From the IMG/VR virus record IMGVR_UViG_3300026105_000002, positions 1 through 58,515 of that record: a stretch of 58,515 nucleotides of DNA. One strand, given 5' to 3'. Both the position numbers and the translations under genes were made by a program. The notes below the pieces were generated by a model that did not search any database, had not been told where the DNA came from, and was given only the letters and a program-made list of their open reading frames with translations. The DNA comes from a virus (Duplodnaviria > Caudoviricetes). This document shows positions 52,081-58,515 of this stretch, one piece after another (position 1 is the first letter of the stretch; each line of letters begins with the position of its first letter).

Positions 52081-53498
52081 TATCTGACCCTAAACACCTT
52101 TCCACCACCTCCAGAGGTAATTCCGGGTATTTTTCGATTACCCATGCTTTTTGCACGTAGTTTTCCGCCAGAAAAGCCCGCTGGAGGTTTTATCAGCAAT
52201 GCGGTCATTGCGTGAACCATTGCGTCGATGCGGTCGGGAGATTTTCCTTCTCCAGGAACCCAGGAATACATCTGAGACTCTAAATCTTGTAAATAACCAA
52301 CGTGATGGACCCTGTGTTGCTCGTATGCAAGCACGACTGGCTCTGCTCTTAGTTGTTTTCCTTGTTTCGAGTGAACTTCAAGAACCTTAATTGACGGATC
52401 GATGGAGTTGATCGCACTTCGAACAAGAGCACCGCCCTGATTAACCTCAGCCACAACAGGGCAGCCCCAACGGCGGGCCATTTCGACCACTTTATTCGCC
52501 CATACGTCTGGTGACCCGTGAATTGAAGCATCTTCAAGAACCCACGCATGGCGCTTATAGAGGTCACTCTCGGAAGAAGACGCGCATACCACAATGCCGC
52601 ATTCGTCGCGGGGATTCTCAGCAACCGATGGGTCCACGCCAATGACACGGAGCGGAGTGTGAGCTGGATAGCGAGCCTCTCGACTGGCTTCAACCATTTC
52701 TTCATTCCAGAGCGCTCCTTCCATGTCTTCTAGCATCTCTCCATAAAGTTCCTGGCGAGCTAGAGAGGTGCCTTCATATACTCCAGTAATAGTGTCTAGA
52801 TATGCGCCGGACAAGTTTCCGGCATTGTCCATGGTGGAACCTTTTGTGATAACTACCTTTGAACCACCTTCTTTTTCCAGCTTAGATTCTTCAATAAGCT
52901 TATAAAGGAGAGGCACTCGCTTAGGTGTTGTGGTTACAACCATCTGTGGATTCTTGCCAAGACGGGTTCCAACTCGCAAGTTATCAAACGCGGTCATACC
53001 TGCAGCATCTGGGGTCTGACGCCAAGCTGCGATCTCGTCGCCCCATGCGTGTGTGAATTGTGGACCACGCAAACCGTCAGGTTCGTCAGCGGTAAAAAGA
53101 GAAGCCGTGTTTCCATTAGGCCAAGTGAGACGTCGCTTGGACGGCTCGTAGTGGGGCTTCTCGCTCGGGGGCGAAATGTTAATAATTCCAGACTCGCCTT
53201 CAACAATAACGTCACGAACGTCAGCTGCGGTACGAGCAACGAGTGCGAATCGACGCTGACCAGTGTTTGTGTATTTGGCTTGCTCACGGACCCACTCAGC
53301 GGCGAGGCGAGTCTTGCCGAAACCACGACCTGCCATTACAAGCCAGATGTTCCAATCGACTCCCGCAGGGGCAATTTGCTCTGGACGCCCCCAGATGGAC
53401 CAGTCCCAAAGGAGTTGCTCCTCATCGAGACCTTCTAATGCTTCTGCGCGCTCTTCCTCGGGGAGAAGAGCAAGCTGCTCCATAATACTTTTTCCCAT
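52080..53498 (-). CDS. terL: Terminase large subunit
   Basis: AGRGFGKT Walker A, LRGPQF..AWGDE, TTTP, RQELYGE, VIGVDP, AEVNQGG, SPDRIDA. Confidence 0.95.
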   Translation of the reverse strand: MGKSIMEQLALLPEEERAEALEGLDEEQLLWDWSIWGRPEQIAPAGVDWNIWLVMAGRGFGKTRLAAEWVREQAKYTNTGQRRFALVARTAADVRDVIVEGESGIINISPPSEKPHYEPSKRRLTWPNGNTASLFTADEPDGLRGPQFTHAWGDEIAAWRQTPDAAGMTAFDNLRVGTRLGKNPQMVVTTTPKRVPLLYKLIEESKLEKEGGSKVVITKGSTMDNAGNLSGAYLDTITGVYEGTSLARQELYGEMLEDMEGALWNEEMVEASREARYPAHTPLRVIGVDPSVAENPRDECGIVVCASSSESDLYKRHAWVLEDASIHGSPDVWANKVVEMARRWGCPVVAEVNQGGALVRSAINSIDPSIKVLEVHSKQGKQLRAEPVVLAYEQHRVHHVGYLQDLESQMYSWVPGEGKSPDRIDAMVHAMTALLIKPPAGFSGGKLRAKSMGNRKIPGITSGGGGKVFRVR

Positions 53499-53502
53499 AT
53501 AG

Positions 53503-53592
53503 CTAGGATATCTTCTTATCTGGCTCTGGTTTATCTTCGGACGGTTCTACTTTTTCAAAAGCATCATCTGTAAATCTATCTGCGCTACTCAT
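53503..53592 (-). CDS. 29-aa acidic peptide coupled to the ART gene (not in the ORF track)
   Basis: ATG overlaps the last ART codons (gATGAGTAG); MSSADRFTDDAFEKVEPSEDKPEPDKKIS fills the gap to terL. Confidence 0.5.
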   Translation of the reverse strand: MSSADRFTDDAFEKVEPSEDKPEPDKKIS

Positions 53593-56500
53593 CTTGTCCT
53601 ATCAGTGTTATTTCTACTTTAACGTTTACCATTCTTTCCGAGGGGTCCACAGACTCTACGCTGTCTATCCTAAACCTAGAGTTAGGCGGAAGCAATACTT
53701 CACCTTCTACGCTCCTAGGGACGGCTCCTCCCTTAGAGCCTTTGGGAATATTTATTTCAATCATATATTGCATCCCCGAAAAAGCTGTAACCACCGGGTC
53801 TCCGCTGTTTCTAGTGAATGTAGAAGTTGATAAAAATCCTTTAGATATCCACTCATCACCCGCTTCTCCGAGTGCAGCTTTTTGATATCGAACAACTTTA
53901 ATATCTTCTGGTATTTCAGTTGAATTTACTAACTCTTTTAAATCCTCTACTGCTTTAACGACTTCTTCTTTTTCGAAGTTATTATTTGATAACTCTCCGT
54001 TTCGAAGCCACTTATTTATTGTCGAGTACGGCACACCATAAGAGCCTTGCGTATACCCAAGTAATGCCAGACGTTGGTCCATATTTTGATATTCAAATTC
54101 GGGAACATCGTCTAGGTCCACTTCCCTGTATTCCGTGACTTCAGACACTTCTGGTTTGGATTCTGAAGAAATAGGCTCATCAATGTCAGAGGGGTCAAAG
54201 GTAGAGACGTGCCTAATTTTTACTCTAGTGGGTACGCTAGGATTATCACTCTTAGTTACGGACACTATTTCGTATCTACCTGATGTAACAAACTCTCCAT
54301 AGATAGCTTGCATGTCAAAGGGCATCATTGGTATTGCTTTAGCTCCTGGTTCAAGCTCATACTCGACCGGAAGGCCCCCGCCCTCTACGTCATTTCGTTG
54401 ACCCTGCCAGTATTGCTTAATTTCGTTTTGGTACATCGAAAAAGCAGAAAAAGGTAAGTCTACAGTTGCACCTTCTACGTATTTGTCTACTGTTTCTTTG
54501 TTTGTTCTGATCCCTCTAAAAACCGGAACTTCTGTTTTTGGTGAAGCTTCTACTAGTTCAAGGCCCGCAATTATTTCTTTGTCGGTAATCTTGGAAGGGT
54601 TTATTTTTGCATCCCCGTCTAAAAACTCTTTAAATCTCTCGTTTATGGCTGTAACATATTCAAAGCTGGAGGGCCAGCCTCTTACAAATTCTTCTGCATA
54701 CGAATCTATGTATCCTAATTCTTTTGCTCTTTCATCTTGCTCGTCGTTTACTATTTCTTCTGATTCTTCATCTATTTCATATACAGGTTCCCAGCCGTTT
54801 TCTTTTCCAGACTGAAGAGCACCCTCCAATATTTCCTGTAAAGCAGGAGAACCTTTAGGCTCGTCTACAGAAGTCACTTTTCTAGCATATTTAGATACAG
54901 CAGGTACTTCGTTTAGATCTGTCTCTACTGTCTCTTGTTCAACATCATTTGGGCTTCTAGGGTCCCAACCCAACTCATTTATAGAGTCTCCATCGGTCCA
55001 GAGTTCTTTGGCGGGGACCTGCATCTCGATAACTCTACCTTTGCCAAGCAGATTGCTTTGTAGGTGCTGCTGAGCGTATTTTTGCGATAGCGACACCCAA
55101 TCGCCCTCATTTATTGTGTCTACACCTTCAGGGACCGCTCTATATACCGTAACTGGAGCACCTGGCAATGCTCTTGCTAAAAGTAATGCAGTTGCACTTT
55201 CTTCGTCGGCGGCTTTCATCCCTGTTCCGTAGTTTTTTAGAACTTCTGAAAGCGTGTTCCCAAAGTTAGGCATGTTCTGCTCAATATTTTCTATTTGAAC
55301 GCTGACATCACTAAAAGGACCAGGTGCTTCGTGCGTTCCTGCGTAATCGGAACGTTCAAACGATTTTCCTGCTTTTTGTTGTACTCTTGCTTGGAAAAAA
55401 TAGTTAAAGTTTCCGTTTTCCTCACCAGTTTCTGGGTCAGTCTGCGGAACTTTTTTAATTTCGGTTATTTCTAGCTCTGAATTGCGGGGTAAAAGGACCT
55501 CGCTTTCGGCATCTCCTTGATATCCAGTGCCCTCAGGCATACCCATTGCGGTTGAGCCCTCTGGAACATCAATAGTCCAGAAAAAAGCGGAACTAGTGTG
55601 CTCGTTCATAGCATTATTTGTTGTTTCAGACCCCATTCCAGGTCCAAATTCATTAAAAGCTATAGACGCATCGTTAGAAGTAGATAAAAACTCAGGGAAA
55701 GAGACAACAGCACCTTCCTCTAGGTTTTCTAAAAACTCCATATAAGGAGACCCGGACAGTGGCATGTCCCCACGGAAAACGGTAGAGTCTTCAAAAACTT
55801 CACCATTTTCTTCAATGGCTTCGTCAATAAGGAAAATATAGTCTTTGTTTTCATCAGACGTATCCTCGTTACCGCGCAAGTGCTTGTTTATAAATCTATG
55901 ACCTTGCTGTGCATACCACTTAAGTGCTTGCAGCTGGTCGTCCTCAAAAACTTCCGCATCGTTTGGGTAAATCCTGTTTGGATTACGTCTGCGAAGTAGA
56001 CTAGTGTCGAAGTAGTCACCATCAATAATGTCTTCGTTGTATAGCTCTTCTTTTTGGTCAGAGAGTAGCGTAGCTTGCCTCTCGGACTTTTTCTCATCTA
56101 CATATGTATCATAACTTCTTGTTTTGTGGGTCATAAAGTAATCGCCACTTAGTTCTTGAATCGTAGAAAGCATTTTTAGAGTGTTGTCGAATCTATCGTT
56201 TTTGTACTCGCTGTTTTGTTTTACTCCTTGAAGAGGAGTCAAACTTGGAACATCAAGCCCGTATTTTCCGTCTGGGAGTTCAATAAATAAATTCTTTATG
56301 TTTGCAAAATTTAAAGTATTGCCTGACTCCCTGTACTCGTCATAAGAACCTTCGCCGTGAAGTCTTTCAAACATATCTTTTACGTCAGAAGACTGTAAGT
56401 CGTGCTTTTCTAGAAAGTCGTTTAGGCTATCCCCTAGATAATCGACTTTGTGAAAATCAAATTCGCCAGCCATATCAAAAAATCTGTAAGGTGTTCCACC

Positions 56501-57520
56501 AGCGTTTCTGTTAAACGATTCCCTGCCCCAATCCTTCAGCCAAGAAGCATCAAGATCTAAAATCTCTACATCACCAACTCGTTTTACTCGTCCTTTTTGG
56601 GAAGTAACGCCAGTGCCAACTGTTAGGGCATACTCGTCTTCAATCTTGCTGTAGCCAAGCATTCCGAAAAGTTCTTCAGGTTTTGCTTTAATTTCGTAGC
56701 GGCCGTTGGCTCCTTCATTGCCTCTGGTCGAAGCATAGTCAAAAGCAAAGTTTTTATCCAAGGAAACATATCCAGCCGCGGCATCTTCCTGTGAGCTTTT
56801 ATTATTTACGGAGTTTCTGTAAACCGTTATAAGTCCGTCTGGAGACATATTCAAAATATGCTCGGCGTATGCCCTATTGAGCACCCTCATCTTTTCTGGG
56901 ATTTCATCTAAGTTATTTGGAGACTGTGTAGTTGAGTCAGTTGATTGAGACACAACGTAGTCCCACATGTTTTCGAAGCTGTCAAAGTTTTCCTGAACTT
57001 CTGGAGAAGCATCGTAAACTTTTTTGTAGTCTATTCGAGCACCCTTAGCCATGTCGGTGTCTTCCCCGATTTCTTGGTTAAGACCTATTCTCGGTATAGG
57101 AAATCTTCCTTCTTCCCTAAGAGCACTTGCTACGGACCTAAGTCTGGTTTTTAGTACTTGAGAACCAGAAACGCTTTGTAAAAGAGGTTTATCTTCATTT
57201 AGCGCTTCAGAAGTTTTTTCTTCCATATAACCCTGGGGAATGATGGCCTCTACAGATTCCATTTCTGCTTCTGCAGCATCAACAGAATAAATTCCTTTAG
57301 GGAGAGCTTGATCGGATGTCTCAACTTCAATTTCGGCAAGCCCTAGATTAGTGCTACCAAGATATCTTCCAACAGCTCTACTTGGCATATCAACACCAGG
57401 AAGCTGGTATTTAAATGAAACTAAGTTGCCTTCTTGCACCCAACGGCCGTAGCGGTCACGAATCTGCTTGCGCCAATAACCTTTATTAGCACCAGAATCG
57501 CCTGGAGTGATGTCAACCAT
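53585..57520 (-). CDS. Large protein with a shared N-terminal domain and five tandem ADP-ribosyltransferase-like domains
   Basis: R-S-E triads: VYR/VSL/EDE; VFRG/FLSTS/ESE; VYRA/WVSLS/INE; VFRG/FSAFS/YGE; VVRY/FLSTS/EGE. Confidence 0.8.
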   Translation of the reverse strand: MVDITPGDSGANKGYWRKQIRDRYGRWVQEGNLVSFKYQLPGVDMPSRAVGRYLGSTNLGLAEIEVETSDQALPKGIYSVDAAEAEMESVEAIIPQGYMEEKTSEALNEDKPLLQSVSGSQVLKTRLRSVASALREEGRFPIPRIGLNQEIGEDTDMAKGARIDYKKVYDASPEVQENFDSFENMWDYVVSQSTDSTTQSPNNLDEIPEKMRVLNRAYAEHILNMSPDGLITVYRNSVNNKSSQEDAAAGYVSLDKNFAFDYASTRGNEGANGRYEIKAKPEELFGMLGYSKIEDEYALTVGTGVTSQKGRVKRVGDVEILDLDASWLKDWGRESFNRNAGGTPYRFFDMAGEFDFHKVDYLGDSLNDFLEKHDLQSSDVKDMFERLHGEGSYDEYRESGNTLNFANIKNLFIELPDGKYGLDVPSLTPLQGVKQNSEYKNDRFDNTLKMLSTIQELSGDYFMTHKTRSYDTYVDEKKSERQATLLSDQKEELYNEDIIDGDYFDTSLLRRRNPNRIYPNDAEVFEDDQLQALKWYAQQGHRFINKHLRGNEDTSDENKDYIFLIDEAIEENGEVFEDSTVFRGDMPLSGSPYMEFLENLEEGAVVSFPEFLSTSNDASIAFNEFGPGMGSETTNNAMNEHTSSAFFWTIDVPEGSTAMGMPEGTGYQGDAESEVLLPRNSELEITEIKKVPQTDPETGEENGNFNYFFQARVQQKAGKSFERSDYAGTHEAPGPFSDVSVQIENIEQNMPNFGNTLSEVLKNYGTGMKAADEESATALLLARALPGAPVTVYRAVPEGVDTINEGDWVSLSQKYAQQHLQSNLLGKGRVIEMQVPAKELWTDGDSINELGWDPRSPNDVEQETVETDLNEVPAVSKYARKVTSVDEPKGSPALQEILEGALQSGKENGWEPVYEIDEESEEIVNDEQDERAKELGYIDSYAEEFVRGWPSSFEYVTAINERFKEFLDGDAKINPSKITDKEIIAGLELVEASPKTEVPVFRGIRTNKETVDKYVEGATVDLPFSAFSMYQNEIKQYWQGQRNDVEGGGLPVEYELEPGAKAIPMMPFDMQAIYGEFVTSGRYEIVSVTKSDNPSVPTRVKIRHVSTFDPSDIDEPISSESKPEVSEVTEYREVDLDDVPEFEYQNMDQRLALLGYTQGSYGVPYSTINKWLRNGELSNNNFEKEEVVKAVEDLKELVNSTEIPEDIKVVRYQKAALGEAGDEWISKGFLSTSTFTRNSGDPVVTAFSGMQYMIEINIPKGSKGGAVPRSVEGEVLLPPNSRFRIDSVESVDPSERMVNVKVEITLIGQDE

Positions 57521-57526
57521 GTTTTG

Positions 57527-57534
57527 ATTCTACC
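57527..57534 (-). promoter_or_regulatory. Putative -10 element giving a leaderless ART mRNA
   Basis: GG-TAGAAT 6 nt upstream of ATG 57520; no SD. Confidence 0.55.
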
Positions 57535-57567
57535 TGCTTACGGTTTGAAAAGCTGCTGTTAAACCCT

Positions 57568-57759
57568 TTATGCTTCTGGCTCTATTACGGCTTCGCCTTC
57601 AACGCGTACCTCGAAAGCAGTTTCTCCAGTGTCTGTGATCTTAGACTGATCTTCAGTAGACGCTGTGCCCTCGGTTTGCCTTGCAAAAATTTCCCAGGCT
57701 TCAACAGAACTAGCTGCTTCAACGTCAAAAATAGTTCCAGAAATTATTTTATATCCCAT
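57568..57759 (-). CDS. Small hypothetical protein
   Basis: GG-TATAAT (57766-57773) 6 nt upstream of the ATG. Confidence 0.6.
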   Translation of the reverse strand: MGYKIISGTIFDVEAASSVEAWEIFARQTEGTASTEDQSKITDTGETAFEVRVEGEAVIEPEA

Positions 57760-57786
57760 GCTGAAATTATACCTGGTTATAAGCAG

Positions 57787-57815
57787 TGAGCAGTTTTAAC
57801 ACGTACTCAGGTGTT
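57787..57815 (-). ncRNA. Predicted small H-type pseudoknot RNA element
   Basis: AACAC-CUGAGUAC-GUGUU-AAAAC-UGCUCA: stem 1 AACAC/GUGUU; loop UGAGUA pairs with UGCUCA. Confidence 0.4.
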
Positions 57816-57866
57816 TTGAAGAGTTGCCAGCTGGCATCAGAGACGCTACCGGATCTGCCTTCAAAC

Positions 57867-58058
57867 TTAGTACTTACTTCTGTTTAGGTATATAGACCAT
57901 ATCCTGTAACCTACGTTAAGTTCAATGGTCCAAAAAGACGGATAGTGTCTGGAAGGTTTGTAGCGCTCAACTCGGATTCCATATCTGGTGGTCGGAACGT
58001 AGTGAGGCGCTAAAACCTTTTTTCTGTTTTCGTAAGTGTATCTTCTACTTATCGGCAA
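57867..58058 (-). CDS. Small basic hypothetical protein
   Basis: 63-aa ORF overlapping the end of the HTH gene; start uncertain. Confidence 0.4.
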   Translation of the reverse strand: MPISRRYTYENRKKVLAPHYVPTTRYGIRVERYKPSRHYPSFWTIELNVGYRIWSIYLNRSKY

Positions 58059-58512
58059 TTCGATTGTCCTGCTTGATTGGGGTGTAGACCTTACTCGTGG
58101 CAGAAACCGGCTGCTTATATCCGTAGCGAACTAGTCGGAAGCGTAGCGCACCATGAGTAACGCCAAGCCTCTTGGCTAGACGGTAGAGCGTGACGCCTTC
58201 AACAGTGTGAGCGTGGTTTAGTAAACGCGTATATTCTTCTGCCTCCTCGCGGTATTTGGCTCCGTTGGAACGGACCTGCTGTGCGTAGGGCTGAAGTTCT
58301 AGTAAACGCTTGAGGGTCTCGGGGCGCGGCTCGATGAACTCGCGCTTTGGCTTTTCAGGCTTAAGCGGAGGAGTGGGAATTTCAATTCCAATCTCTAGCG
58401 CATCGGTTTGCGGATTATTCTTTGCAATTTGACGAACGCGCTCACGAGTAAGGGTAGTAGCTGAAGCAACGGCTTCGTATGTCCACCCCTTCTCGCAGAG
58501 AGCTTTGATCAT
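58045..58512 (-). CDS. Twin helix-turn-helix DNA-binding protein (sigma70 region 4-like), possibly 5'-truncated
   Basis: GWTYEAVA..TTLTRERVRQI and GVTLYRLAKRLGVTHGALRFRL; the frame is open to the window edge. Confidence 0.75.
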   Translation of the reverse strand: MIKALCEKGWTYEAVASATTLTRERVRQIAKNNPQTDALEIGIEIPTPPLKPEKPKREFIEPRPETLKRLLELQPYAQQVRSNGAKYREEAEEYTRLLNHAHTVEGVTLYRLAKRLGVTHGALRFRLVRYGYKQPVSATSKVYTPIKQDNRIADK

Positions 58513-58515
58513 TGA

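Noticed and set aside
53505-53513. TATCCT as a leaderless promoter for terL
   Set aside because: Weak -10 match lying inside the candidate 29-aa ORF; cannot be supported separately.
57815-57866. Hammerhead ribozyme (CUGAUG on the minus strand)
   Set aside because: The core reads CUGAUGC rather than CUGAUGA and there is no GAAA element.

Overview
The window is a ~58.5 kb slice of a tailed dsDNA phage (siphovirus-type). The host is most likely actinobacterial, inferred from a WhiB gene, cluster-B-like capsid genes and leaderless -10 promoters. Left end (+ strand): a 5'-truncated collagen-like fibre and an Ig-domain virion protein. Then come glycosyltransferases, a primase-helicase, a metallophosphoesterase and WhiB. 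A minus-strand replication/recombination block follows (SSB-like, Sak4-like ATPase, PD-(D/E)XK nuclease, SNF2 helicase, RuvC-like, Pol A). A minus-strand morphogenesis module fills most of the rest (terminase, portal, protease, scaffold-capsid fusion, tail genes with a -1 frameshift, tape measure, tail tip). The most unusual part is the expanded head region, which looks like a capsid-cargo system. (1) Two giant proteins share a paralogous ~100-aa N-terminal domain (GANKG[FY]WRxQxRDRxGRW) but carry different enzymatic C-termini: five tandem ADP-ribosyltransferase-like domains in one, an HExxH metallopeptidase in the other. (2) Each has its own leaderless promoter and a translationally coupled small acidic downstream ORF, one of them an unannotated 29-aa peptide. 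(3) The multi-domain head proteins are punctuated by a recurring hydrophobic-x-A-[AS] motif that may be the prohead-protease cut site, and one of them carries the capsid octapeptide ASGGHAAP near its N-terminus. All family assignments come from motif recognition by eye; no database searches were run.
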